DNA of 32,956 nucleotides from Squatina squatina. Lineage: Eukaryota. This document shows, one piece after another, positions 1 through 11,384 of the stretch. Every line of letters starts with the position of its first letter. The first letter of the stretch is position 1. Where the stretch lies: the NCBI GenBank assembly GCA_031763465.1, contig JARFOE010000036.1, positions 427,986-460,941 on the forward strand, given 5' to 3'. The position numbers were made by a program, and so were the translations under genes. The notes beneath the pieces were generated by a model that was given only the letters and a program-made list of their open reading frames with translations, ran no database searches and was not told where the DNA came from.

Positions 1-75
1 GATTAGGCTGGATAGCTCTTTGTCGGCTGGCACGGACACAATGGGCCGAATGGCCTCCTTCTGTGCTGTAAATTT
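1..75 (+). mobile_element. CR1/HER1-type LINE (or partner SINE) 3' tail
   Basis: atgggccgaatggcctccttctgtgctgta tail, recurring in the window. Confidence 0.7.
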
Positions 76-328
76 CTGATTCTGTGCTAAGTAATTGCTG
101 AATTTGATCATCAATCTGAGTGACAATTTAACAATTTTGCATTTACCACACCCAAGCGGAACCTGCACTCCGGGGCATACAGTACTGGGGGCCTGATCTC
201 TTTAACCTTGTGCTCTTCAGTCTTGTTGGGATCAATGAATTCACTGTTTTGATAGCTTGAAAATATCACTCTCTGTCGTTGCTGATTGTTCTCTAAAATG
301 AATCCCATTTTTCACCCCTGTGGTTTAG

Positions 329-915
329 GGTTAAAAGGTGGCGGATCTGCTGGTCCCAATGGCACCAGCTTCCAGTACACATTCCACGGAGACCCCCACG
401 CTGTTTTCGCCGAGTTCTTTGGTGGGAGGAACCCGTTCGATATGTTCTTTGGTCAGAGAAACGGCGAGGAAGACATGGAGATTGACGACGATCCCCTGAG
501 CTCCTTTGGCAGCTTTGGGATGGGTGGCATGGGCGCCATGGGTGGCATGGGCGGTGGAGGCGTGCCTGGGTTTCACCGAACGCGGCCGACTGCCAAAAAG
601 CAGGACCCTCCCGTCACCCACGATCTGAAGGTTTCCCTGGAAGAGATTTTCAACGGCTGCACGAAGAAGATGAAGATCCGACGGAAGCGGTTAAACCCCG
701 ACCGGCACACGTCGAGGCAGGAGGACACCATCCTCACCATCGAAATCAAGAAGGGCTGGAAGGAAGGGACAAAGATCACTTTCCCCAAGGAAGGAGATGA
801 AACTGCCCACAACATTCCGGCGGACATCATCTTCGTGCTAAAGGACAAGCCACATCCAGTCTTCAAGCGGAACGGGTCCGATATAATCTACCAAGCAAAG
901 ATCAGCCTCCGAGAG
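329..915 (+). CDS. DNAJB1: DnaJ/Hsp40 class B member, exon 2 (G/F-G/M region and C-terminal domain I)
   Basis: tttag acceptor at 327-328 and GAG|gtaggt donor at 916. Peptide GLKGG...FQYTFHGDPHAVFAEFFGGRNPFDMFFGQRNGEEDMEIDD...QDPPVTHDL...IKKGWKEGTKITFPKEGD...KISLRE is DNAJB1-like. GIPC1 and PTGER1 follow, as in human. Confidence 0.9.
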
Positions 916-1653
916 GTAGGTGCTCCTTTAGAGCAGTGTAGGTGTCGGGGCCTCGGCGAGGGTGCAGAGCAGATTTACTAGAATGGTACCAGCGACAGCG
1001 TTCCCAAATGTGAAATTTCACCCACGCACATAACTTAGAATGGGCCGCACAGCCCGTTAAAGAGGTTGCACACTCCCCACCCCTTTTTTTTATAAAAAAA
1101 ATAAATTCGGGGGCACGGCGGCCAAGATGAGCGGTTTCGGTTGCATGGGGAAACTGGGATTGTTCTCCTTGGAGCAGAAAAGGTGAAGGGGAGATTCAAT
1201 GGAGGCTTTGATAAATGAGGAGAAACTGTTTCCACTGGCGTCTGGGTNNNNNNNNNNNNNNNNNNNNNNNNNNNNNNNNNNNNNNNNNNNNNNNNNNNNN
1301 NNNNNNNNNNNNNNNNNNNNNNNNNNNNNNNNNNNNNNNNNNNNNNNNNNNNNNNNNNNNNNNNNNNNNNNNNNNNNNNNNNNNNNNNNNNNNNNNNNNN
1401 NNNNNNNNNNNNNNNNNNNNNNNNNNNNNNNNNNNNNNNNNNNNNNNNNNNNNNNNNNNNNNNNNNNNNNNNNNNNNNNNNNNNNNNNNNNNNNNNNNNN
1501 NNNNNNNNNNNNNNNNNNNNNNNNNNNNNNNNNNNNNNNNNNNNNNNNNNNNNNNNNNNNNNNNNNNNNNNNNNNNNNNNNNNNNNNNNNNNNNNNNNNN
1601 NNNNNNNNNNNNNNNNNNNNNNNNNNNNNNNNNNNNNNNNNNNNNNNNNNNNN

Positions 1654-1826
1654 CTCTTTCCTCCTTTAAGATGCTCCTTAAAACCGACCTCTTTGACCAA
1701 GCTTTTGGTCACCTGCCCTAATTTCTCCTTTTGTGGCTCGGTGTCAAAATGTTTTGTCTTATAACACTCCTGTGAAGGCCTTGGGATGTTTTACTACGGT
1801 AGAGGCGCTATATAAATGCAAGTATT
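1654..1826 (+). mobile_element. L2-type LINE 3' end
   Basis: ctccttaaaaccgacctctttgaccaagcttttgg...ggcgctatataaatgcaagt. Homologous to 23124-23300 on the minus strand. Confidence 0.75.
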
Positions 1827-1905
1827 GAGAGACGGTTCGGGCTATTCGTGTCGTACCTCCTGTGCCTACGTCACTTTACTAAGCCATCTGTTTTTTTTTG
1901 TCTAG

Positions 1906-2136
1906 GCGCTATGCGGTTGCACGTTGTCTATACCGACACTGGATAAGAGAACCCACACCATGGTATTCAAGGATGTCATCCAGCCGGGCTCGCAGAGGAG
2001 GATAGCGTCAGAAGGATTGCCACTGCCAAAGCAGCCGGAACGGCGTGGCGATTTGGTGATCGAGTTTCACGTGCGGTTTCCCGAATCGCTGACAAACGCA
2101 ACGAGGGAAAAACTCAAGGAGCTGCTGCCACTGTAA
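1906..2136 (+). CDS. DNAJB1: DNAJB1 final coding exon
   Basis: T-rich tract and tctag acceptor at 1904-1905. ALCGCTLSIPTLDKR...EGLPLPKQPERRGDLVIEFHVRFPESL...LPL then TAA. Phase 0 matches the donor at 916. Confidence 0.9.
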   Translation, partial: ALCGCTLSIPTLDKRTHTMVFKDVIQPGSQRRIASEGLPLPKQPERRGDLVIEFHVRFPESLTNATREKLKELLPL

Positions 2137-2532
2137 CTGTGACGGAAGTCTTGGGGTGTCCAGTGATTTGTGAGGGTGGCGTTGGGGGTGCCAAAGGAGA
2201 GAAATTGTCTTGTAGTGGATTGTAACTGCCAGGTTGTGGTCTTTGTGACCACACCAACTTGGACATTACCATTGAGCAAGTTGCTGAATGGGCTTTTATA
2301 TAAAAAAGAAAAAAATCTATATTCTGGTCTTTACCTAATTGGGAACTGTTGGTATTTGGTCTGTACCTTCAGAACACTGCAGCACCAAGTGTTCAGCTTC
2401 ATATATTCTGTTCAGTGTAAATAATGCACCCATTTGTAACCAAAAATAATATGCAATACAAAAATAGTATTGGCCGTTCTATTCAAATATTGTCTCTGTC
2501 TGTAATGTGGCTCATTACCTCTTTGTTAAAAC

Positions 2533-2538
2533 AATAAA
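2533..2538 (+). promoter_or_regulatory. Probable DNAJB1 polyadenylation signal
   Basis: AATAAA about 400 nt after the stop, followed by a T-rich downstream tract. Confidence 0.55.
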
Positions 2539-3904
2539 TTGTTTTTCTTTTTCTCTTAAACCCTTGAGTCTGCACTGACTTGCAGTTCTGTACTAAAGCT
2601 CTTGACCAAATGTGGGTTTAGCTATTTTTCTATATTTAAAAAACAAACTTCTTGGGCACCACTGNNNNNNNNNNNNNNNNNNNNNNNNNNNNNNNNNNNN
2701 NNNNNNNNNNNNNNNNNNNNNNNNNNNNNNNNNNNNNNNNNNNNNNNNNNNNNNNNNNNNNNNNTATACTTCTGAGTCTAATAAGAAATAACTTCAAGTG
2801 GCAGACTGTAATTCTGAATCATTTTTTTCTCCCTAATTGATCCTTGGATCACAAATCTTTGAATTTTTCTGTTAAGTGTATGGAATTCCCACTTATTCTG
2901 CAAATATGGACAAAATAAAAAGTCAGTATGCTAAGTAAATGCTAATGGAGTGACAGTATCGCAACATCTCAAAACATCTCAAGCATGGAAAATACTGTTT
3001 TTTAATTTAGACACCTTTATCTGGTGTGACTCATGCATTCTACTTTATAATGTTAAAAAAGCTTAATAAAACAAATATTCATATAAGTAGTAGTCCATTA
3101 CAGTTACATCATTCGTTGACAGTTATATCACTTATTGACACATTAATGTAAATTTCCAAAATATATCAGGAATATCTGATGGAGAAATCCTATAGATGGA
3201 TTTTATCCCATGTATAGGGTGGAATAAAATCCATACACAACTGTTTGCTATGCACTATTTTCCCTTTATAGCACAAGCAGTAAGAAAATATAGACATTGT
3301 TTTCTTGAATAAAGCTCAACATTTCTTTAATATTTATAGTGAGGACAACTTTCTATACAAGATGAAATGATTCAGATCACAAGAATCTGCAGAACAAGAT
3401 AAGGCAATAAAGTCCATTTTCTCTAGTAGATTTGTGCTTCGTACCAATATATATAAATGATAAAAAAATAACACCCTTAGCCTTGTACAGCATGTTCCCT
3501 AGGACACTGGGAAGGAACATAACAATTGCCTTGCCTGTTTTATGGGCCTATCATACGGCCCAGACATTTTTAAGATTGATTCACAACCTAACTTCCAAAT
3601 CTTTTATTTTGTGCTTTTCTTCTTTCAGTCTATAGCTACTCAACTTAAAATCAAAATTAACTGCTATGCACAACCATATAGATTACTTTGCATTTATACA
3701 CATTAAACACCAGTTGCCAATTATTAAGTCGATTTCTGAGCCTATCCAGACCCCTATGGTCATCTCTTTCTGCAGTTACATATTTTGCTATTCTGTACAA
3801 TTTTGTGACATCAGGCTACTTCTAAATTCTAGTTTTTATCTTTTCATCTAGTTTGTTGACATAGGTTGTGCGAAGTAATAGTTTGATCCCTAAGAATCAT
3901 CACC

Positions 3905-4115
3905 AGTCACTTCACCCTGGAACTTGCTATCACATGGAGTAGTTGAGGTGAATAGTATAGATGTATTTAAGGGGGAGCTAGATAAGTACATGAGGGAGAG
4001 AGGAATAGAAGGGTATGTTGATAGGGTGAGATGAGTTAAGGTGGGAAGAGGTTCATGTGGAGCATAAACATTGGCATAGATCTGTTGTGCCAAATGGCCT
4101 ATTTCTGTGCTGTAA
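3905..4115 (+). mobile_element. CR1 LINE 3' fragment
   Basis: Homologous to 4674-4920 and to the reverse of about 12890-13140. Confidence 0.8.
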
Positions 4116-4673
4116 ATACTATGGCGCTGAATTTGCGTTCGGATGCTTCCTGCATGTGGCAACCTCCAATTGCAAAAATATCTACGAACTTACCTGACAG
4201 TCCTGGATCCACGTGAGTTTGCGATTTTCTTTCCCCACAGTTGTACATGGGCAGCACGGCTCTGTTCTTTGCTGTCTAAGTCTTGCGGAAGAGACTGGAG
4301 AGGTCACATGGGAGGCCCCAACCAATCAGGTAGGAGTATCTCTCATTCAAGCTTTGACAGGTCTGACAGATCTGTCAAAGCTTGAATAAGAGATACAAAA
4401 CTACACAAACACAACCAAAAACATTTTAAAAACGATTGTAACATTAAAATGTAATAAAAATGAGATAAATAATACAAAAAAAACTTTTAAAATGTTTAAA
4501 AACACACTTACCTTAATGGGAATGGTTTTAAAGTAATGTACCAGTAATTTATTTTATTTTTACATTTTTAAAANNNNNNNNNNNNNNNNNNNNNNNNNNN
4601 NNNNNNNNNNNNNNNNNNNNNNNNNNNNNNNNNNNNNNNNNNNNNNNNNNNNNNNNNNNNNNNNNNNNNNNNN

Positions 4674-4920
4674 AATTCAGGAGAAACTTCTTTACCCAGA
4701 GAGTGGTGAGAATGTGGAACTCGCTCCCACAGGGAGGGGTTGAGGTGAATAGTATCGATGCATTTAAGGGGAAGCTGGATAAACACGAGGGAGAAAGGAA
4801 TAGAAGGATATGCTGATAGGGTGAGACAGTGAGGGGTGGGAGGAGGCTCACGTGGAGCATAAACACTGGAATGGACCCGTTGGGTCAAATGGCCGGTTTC
4901 TGTGCTGTGAATTCTATGTG
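4674..4920 (+). mobile_element. CR1 LINE 3' fragment
   Basis: Encodes FRRNFFTQRVVRMWNSLPQG...FKGKLDKH (CR1 ORF2 C-terminus), followed by the tail. Confidence 0.85.
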
Positions 4921-5153
4921 ATTCTAAGCAATATAGCTTAACCCAAAACCTCAACCAGCTTGATGCAACTCCAGGATCAGAGGAGTCCTTCCTTGGCCTC
5001 TGGTGTCAAATATTAATTTCCTTTTTTTTTTAAATTTAATTTTTCTCTCCCAGCTGTGGCGACATGTGAGAGTAGAGTTGACAATATATTGCACAAGCAT
5101 ATATTCGACGTGAACCAGCCTAACAGCACCTGTGTTCCCATTTTACTCCGCAG

Positions 5154-5339
5154 ATCATGTTCTGCACTCTAAACACCCACAAAGTGGACATGGACAAGCT
5201 GCTGGGTGGGCAGATTGGCCTTGAAGATTTCATCTTTGCTCACATCAAGGGGCAGAAGAAAGAAGTGGAGATATACAAGTCGGAAGATGCTTTGGGACTG
5301 ACCATTACTGACAATGGCGCAGGCTATGCATTTATAAAG
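5154..5339 (+). CDS. GIPC1: GIPC PDZ-domain adaptor, internal exon (end of GH1, start of PDZ)
   Basis: ccgcag acceptor and AAG|gtaatt donor, 186 nt. [62 protein letters not shown] is near-identical to GIPC1. Lies between DNAJB1 and PTGER1. Confidence 0.9.
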
Positions 5340-5706
5340 GTAATTCTTCAAGGGAGGGGAACGGCGTCTTTGAGTGACTGTCTCTCATACTGTCCTCTCA
5401 TCTCAAGTTCTCGCATTGGAGCGATCAAATGAGCTATGCCAGTGAAACTCATCAACTGAGTTGTGTTTGAGATGATTTTGTACATTTGGCTTCTAATGTG
5501 CGCAAATGTATAGTGTGAAAGTGCCCATTGTTCAGCATTAATTGAGATGGATAACTAGTTTATGCTGAACAGTGGGTCTCCTGTTGCTCACAGTAAGTCA
5601 GTGACATGCTCTTTTATAAGTACAGAACTGTTATACCGTGTAACGCAAAATTTTATTCTGCTGCTGGGGTGCAGCTGTGTTTAACGCCTCATTTGAAAGA
5701 CGGCAC

Positions 5707-6849
5707 CTCCGACAGTGCAGCGCTCCCTCAGTACTGCCCCTCCGACAGTAGGGGCGCTCCCTCAGTACTGCCCCTCCGACAGTGTGGCGCTCCCTCAGTA
5801 CTGCCCCTCCGACAGTGCAGCGCTCCCTCAGTACTGCCCCTCCGACAGTGTGGCATTCCCTCAGTACTGCCCCTCCGACAGTGCAGCACTGCCTCAGTAC
5901 TACCCCTACGACAATGCGGCGCTCCCTCAGTGCTGCCCCCTCCGACAGTGTAGTGCTCCCTCAGTGCTGCACCTCTGGCAGTGCAGCGCTCCCTCAGTAC
6001 TGCCCCTCCGACAATGCGGCGCTCCCTCAGTGCTGCCCCCTCCGACAGTGCAGTGCTCCCTCAGTGCTGCCCGTCCAACAATGCGGCGCTCCCTCAGTAC
6101 TTTCCCTCTTACAGTGCAGTGCTCCCTCAGTACTGCCCCTTTGACAGTGCAGCGCTCCCTCAGTACTGCCCCTCCGACAGTGCAGCGGTCCCTCAGTACT
6201 TTCCCTCTTACAGTGCAGAGCTCCCTCAGTACTGCCCCTCCGACAGTGCAGCGCTGCCACAGTACTGCCCCTCCGACAGTGCAGTGTTCCCTCTGTGCTG
6301 CCCCTCCGACAGTGCAGCACTCCCTTAGTACTGCCCCTTTGACAGTGCAGCGCTCCCTCAGTACTGCACCTTTGACAGTGCAGAGCTCCCTCAGTACTGC
6401 CCCTCCGACAGTGCAGCGCTGCCTCAGTACTGCCCCTCCGACAGTGGTGCGCTCCCTCAGGACTGCCCCTCCGACAGTGGTGCGCTCCCTCAGGACTGCC
6501 CCTCCGACAGAGGGGCGCTCCAACAGTGCTGCCCCTTCCGACAGTGCAGTGCTCCCTCAGTACTGCCTCTTTGACAGTGCAGCGCTCCCTCAGTACTGCC
6601 CCTTTGACAGTGCGGTGCTCCCTCAGTACTGCCTCTCCGACAGTACAGCGCTCCATCAGTGCTGCCCCTTCCGACAGTGCAGCGGTCCCTCAGTACTGCC
6701 CCTCCCACAGTGCAGCGCTCCCTCAGTTCTGCCCCTCTGACAGTGCAGCGCTCCCTCAGCACTGCCCCTCCCACAGTGCAGCGCTCCCTCAGTTCTGCCC
6801 CTCTGACAGTGCAGCGCTCCCTCAGTTCTGCCCCTCTGACAGTGCAGCG
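5707..6849. repeat. 33-bp minisatellite (CTCCGACAGTGCAGCGCTCCCTCAGTACTGCCC)n, about 35 copies, running into a gap
   Basis: Tandem periodicity is directly visible. All ORFs here are repeat translations. Confidence 0.95.
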
Positions 6850-7124
6850 NNNNNNNNNNNNNNNNNNNNNNNNNNNNNNNNNNNNNNNNNNNNNNNNNNN
6901 NNNNNNNNNNNNNNNNNNNNNNNNNNNNNNNNNNNNNNNNNNNNNNNNNCTCCTAGTTCCTATGTTCTTATGGTTCTCAAACGAAAAGCTTTCTGATCAA
7001 GTGATCGACCCCTTGAGCTTATACCTCACCCTGTGACAGTGTTTATTTATTTAACACTATTCCTTTCTCTGTTGATAGCTGCATAAATGGATCTGCGTGG
7101 GTTGTGGACGTGGTGAAATGCATC

Positions 7125-7600
7125 ATGGGTCAATCTGCCAACAGGACGGTGCTCTATCAAGACCATGTTAACACCGTCAGCAGCTCGACTGACAACTGCA
7201 GCCTGCCCCAGACCAACGCCAGCATGCTGCTGCTCTCTGAGATACCCGGGCCCTCTGCCAAGTCTGTCGCCATCCCCATCTTCTCCATGACCTTGGGAGC
7301 CCTGTCGAATATCATCGCCCTCGTCATTCTGATCAAGTCCTACGCCAGGTTCCGCAGGAGATCCAAAGCCACCTTCCTGCTCTTTGCCAGCAGCCTGGTG
7401 CTGACAGACTTTGCTGGCCACGTCATCCCTGGCGCTCTGGTTCTCTGTCTCTACTCCCAGAAGATCGACAGCACCGGTGCCATGTGCCAGCTCCTAGGGG
7501 GCTGCTTGGTGTTCTTTGGCCTGTGCCCGCTCTTCCTTGGCTGTATCATGGCGATCGAGCGCTGCGTTGGCGTCACAAGGCCCCTCCTCCATTCACTGCT
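7125..7600 (+). CDS. PTGER1: Prostaglandin E receptor EP1, first coding exon (TM1-TM3, partial)
   Basis: Acceptor at 7077-7078 and ATG at 7125. IPIFSMTLGALSNIIAL, TFLLFASSLVLTDFAGHVIPGALVL and FFGLCPLFLGCIMAIERCVGVTRPLLH match EP1. Homology is lost after about 7600, shortly before the gap. Confidence 0.88.
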
Positions 7601-7877
7601 GAAGCCACGGCCCACGGGGAGTGTTCACATGAGAAGCAGCAGTGNNNNNNNNNNNNNNNNNNNNNNNNNNNNNNNNNNNNNNNNNNNNNNNNNNNNNNNN
7701 NNNNNNNNNNNNNNNNNNNNNNNNNNNNNNNNNNNNNNNNNNNNTTGCAGTAAGACATCTTTATTCCGGTACTCAAATCCTCTTGTAATAAAGGCAACAT
7801 GAGAATACCATGTTGTTACTCGCGAAAATAAAATATACCATTATCTCCTGTGTTAATTTCCGGAATGTTCTGTGTAG

Positions 7878-8172
7878 CTTTGTGGCTGGCTCCGATGGAT
7901 ACCTGTACGAAGGTCGTGGATGGCTATGGCAAGGAGCCCACACCAAAGGGCAAAATTCCAATGGGTATGGAGTGAGCTTTATCGGCAACTACACCTCAGA
8001 GCTCCCAGACCAGGCTGCAATCGAGCTCGTGAAGGAAAACTTCATAAGGTGCGCAGTGACTGGCAAGAGGATAGTCAGCGATTACACCATCCAGGGGCAT
8101 CGGCAACACAGAGCCACTTCGTGCCCGGGGGAAAGGCTCTTCAATGAAATCAAGACCTGGGAGGCCTTTAAG
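7878..8172 (+). CDS. PGLYRP2: Peptidoglycan recognition protein 2 (N-acetylmuramoyl-L-alanine amidase), PGRP-domain exon
   Basis: tgtag acceptor and AAG|gtaacg donor. FVAGSDGYLYEGRGWLWQGAHTKGQNSNGYGVSFIGNY...GHRQHRATSCPG. Adjacent to RASAL3, as in human. Confidence 0.88.
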
Positions 8173-9304
8173 GTAACGGCGCTTCCCTTGGGTAATCTCC
8201 AGGAACTGTCATCACAACAATGACCCTTTTATGAAGGGTTGGAGGACAAGCCATGGTTTGGCCCTCTGGTACCTTGGGATATAAATCCCACCCAGCGATA
8301 TTTTTTTGCTCCTTGGTTTAACCCACAAGTGTCCAGTTCCTCTTTGTACCTCTTCAGTGACCTCATTAACCCATTTATGTTAAAGATTTTATTAAACTAG
8401 CACCTTGAAGAATGTGTCACAAGTGCTGAGTTACCGACTCCTGTTCCTCTTCCTTTTCACGTGAACCAACAACACCTCAGCATCTCCCCAAATGTTGTAT
8501 CTTGTCGCTCAGCTCTTTCTTTGTACTTTTAACTCCACCTTCTACCCCAATCCTGCATTGATTGCTCCCCCGCAAACCCCGCTTCCACCACTAGGTTGTG
8601 TTTAACTGTATCAACGTCAGGAACTGAGCAAGATGAGCAAGTACTTGCAAGCCACACTCAATGGAGTGAGGTTCAATCTTTGATATTTATAGATCACCCC
8701 TCAATCGTGGACTCCTTTCCTGCCCACCATCTCAGTCTAGAACAAATCCCAAAAGGGTTCACCGTGACAGCNNNNNNNNNNNNNNNNNNNNNNNNNNNNN
8801 NNNNNNNNNNNNNNNNNNNNNNNNNNNNNNNNNNNNNNNNNNNNNNNNNNNNNNNNNNNNNNNNNNNNNNNTTTACATTCTGTAGTTAATTCAATTGATA
8901 TTCATCAAAACAATTCATCTGTAACAAATAATTTGTGAGTACATTTTTTATAGGTAGAAATTACACATTTCTGAAGCAGTAACAAGAATTAAATGTTCAA
9001 GGGATTAAAAACAATCAACAATAGCATTTGATAGACTAATTTTACTCCAAGACAATTCTGGTATGTTATTACAATTGCTACTTCAGTTGGTAATGTTACA
9101 TTTATCTTTTTAAGAATATCTTATTACTTGTTTGATTGTGAAGGGTTTATATTGTTCCTCATTGAGAATGTTGCCCATTTATTAGGTTTGCAGTCATAGT
9201 CAACATTGGTTTTCATTTTTGTCTTTAACATTAATTTTCAAGAAAAACTATATTATCAGGAAGTAAATTATGAATTTATTTGAATTTTTGACCTCTTACA
9301 ACAG

Positions 9305-9395
9305 CAAATATGCCTATTGGTGAAACGGAATCTGATAACACAGACAATGCTGCCAGTGGAGAGGGTGAAAATGCAACATGCTGTGGATCAATATG
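9305..9395 (+). CDS. L-type calcium channel alpha-1 (Cav1.3/CACNA1D-like) I-II loop exon
   Basis: acaacag acceptor and ATG|gtgagt donor, 91 nt, phase 1 to 2. Encodes NMPIGETESDNTDNAASGEGENATCCGSI, compared with [28 protein letters not shown] in human Cav1.3 (from memory). Confidence 0.72.
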
Positions 9396-9494
9396 GTGAG
9401 TAAAGCCATGTAGACACACACTGATATATACACTGATACATGGAACAAATAGAGACAAGCACAGGAATAAACATGAAGTACAAATACAAGTCAT

Positions 9495-9745
9495 AGGAAT
9501 TTCTTCACCCAGAGAGTGGTGGACCTATGGAATTCTCTACCACGGAAGGCAGTTGAGGCTATTCATTAAATATATTCAAGAAGTAGTTAGATATAGCCCT
9601 TAAGGCTAAAGGGATCAAGGGATATCAAGAGAAAGCAGGGACAGGGTACTGAATTTGGAAGATCAGCCATGATCTCATTGAATGGCGGAGCAGGCTCGAA
9701 GGGCCAAATGGCCTACTCCTGTTCCTATCTTCTATGTTTCTATAG
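9495..9745 (+). mobile_element. CR1 LINE 3' fragment (second subfamily)
   Basis: NFFTQRVVDLWNSLP, then the gatcagccatgatctcattgaatggcggagcaggctcga tail. Confidence 0.85.
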
Positions 9746-10069
9746 CAAACTGTAGACACAGTAAAATGTACAGGCACGGAAGTGTGTGCATGCACAGAGG
9801 GACAGCAAACTACATATAGAGACCCAAACAAAAACAAATGCTCACAGACACATAAAAAGACATAGATGTAGACACAGATAGAAAGACATATAAATACAGA
9901 CAGATATTCACAGAAAATCATTTGTACAGATGATCACACAGGTACACAAGTACATATACACCCATTCAGATACACATATGGGTGTTACATTTAATAAATT
10001 AAATTGTTTGACTGTATAACTAAAAGCTGAAATCTGTTTTGCTACAATTAGTTTCAACCTGTGTTTCAG

Positions 10070-10618
10070 GATAACTGTGAGAGGGTGGAGAACATGCTGA
10101 GCCTTTGGGTGAATGAAGTCAAGGACCTGACCCCCAGGAAGAAGTACTTCTGTGAGCTGCACCTCGACGGTTACCTCCACGCTCGCACAACCAGCAAGGT
10201 CAACACCGAGGAGCTCTTCTGGGGCGAGCACTTCGAGTTCAACAACCTGCCCTGCACCAAAGAAGTCACTTTACATCTCTTCAGGGATGAAGACAAGAAG
10301 AGGAAAGAGATGAGCGCCCTTGGTTCCGTCACCATCCCTCTCGCTGAGGTCACGGGGCGTCAATACGTGGAGAAGTGGTACAACATCAACGTCCAGCCCC
10401 TAACCAAGGGCAAAGTGGCGATGCCAACAATACGCATCAATCTGCGTTACCAGAACATCAAGGTCTTGCCTATGATACACTACAAGGAGTTTGCCGAGTA
10501 TCTCATCTGCAACTACACAACTCTGTGCGCTGTGCTGGAGCCAGCTCTGAAAGTGAAGGATAAGGAGGAGGTGGCCTGTGCATTGGTCCATGTCCTACAG
10601 AGTGTCGGAAAAGCCAAG
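10070..10618 (+). CDS. RASAL3: RasGAP of the SynGAP/DAB2IP/RASAL family, C2 domain and start of GAP domain
   Basis: tttcag acceptor and AAG|gtagag donor, 549 nt in frame. DNCERVENMLSLWVNEVKDL...FWGEHFEFNNLP...YKEFAEYL...ALVHVLQSVGKAK. The RASAL3 assignment rests mainly on the PGLYRP2 neighbourhood. Confidence 0.75.
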
Positions 10619-10719
10619 GTAGAGCAGGACACTCTGTTACCCTTCTTGGGCCCTGTCGCCCTTTACGCAGGCCAGGCGGGCCGCTAGTTTGGGTATCTTG
10701 GTGTAACTGCATCCTGTAA

Positions 10720-11050
10720 ATTAGACCATAAGGCCATAAGAAATAGGAGCAGGAGTAGACCATTTGGCCCCTCGAGCCAGCTCTGTCATTCAATAAGATC
10801 ATGGCTGATTTTCTACCTCAACTTCACCTTCCCACCCAATCCCCATATCCCTTGATACCCATTGTTCCCAAAATTTATCGACTTAAGGATCTACTTGCCT
10901 CATGTGGAGGATGTGAAGACCTTAGAGAGGGTGCAGGAAAAATTTACAGGAATGATTCCAGGGGATGAGGGATGTGGATAGACTGGAGAAGCTGGGGTTG
11001 TTCTCCTTGGAGCAGAGAAGGTTGAGAGGAGATTTGATCGAGGTGTTCAA
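10720..11050. mobile_element. Two CR1 fragments: minus-strand tail (about 10720-10885) and plus-strand ORF2 piece (about 10895-11050)
   Basis: Reverse of the 9660-9735 tail, followed by LERVQ..FT.MIPG and LEKLGLFSLEQRRLRGDLIEVF. Confidence 0.82.
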
Positions 11051-11384
11051 NNNNNNNNNNNNNNNNNNNNNNNNNNNNNNNNNNNNNNNNNNNNNNNNNN
11101 NNNNNNNNNNNNNNNNNNNNNNNNNNNNNNNNNNNNNNNNNNNNNNNNNNCATTGTGTATACAATGTATGCTTGTAAATATATACCGTTACCAAGCTTCT
11201 CCATTTATATTGTCTGCCTTTGAGAGAAGCAATGATACTTCTCAACATGGGTAAGGATATTTCTGCAGGTTTTAGAGCTTGCTGATTTTGTGGAGTTTTT
11301 TTTTTAAATCGAGCATTTTCTGTAATCTTGGTTTACAATATCCATTTATCTTTGCCTTTTTTTTCTCTGTGCTTTGGGTTACAG

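Noticed and set aside
1035-1721. ORFs of 150-225 aa
   Set aside because: They consist mostly of X from the N gap, flanked by LINE fragments.
2765-3890. AT-rich contig with short ORFs
   Set aside because: No exon signature. Probably intronic or UTR sequence with very old LINE remnants.
5606-7036. Long overlapping ORFs (up to 341 aa) and CRISPR-like periodicity
   Set aside because: These are head-to-tail 33-bp units with no unique spacers and no cas genes. The ORFs are open only because the unit is a multiple of 3 and lacks stops.
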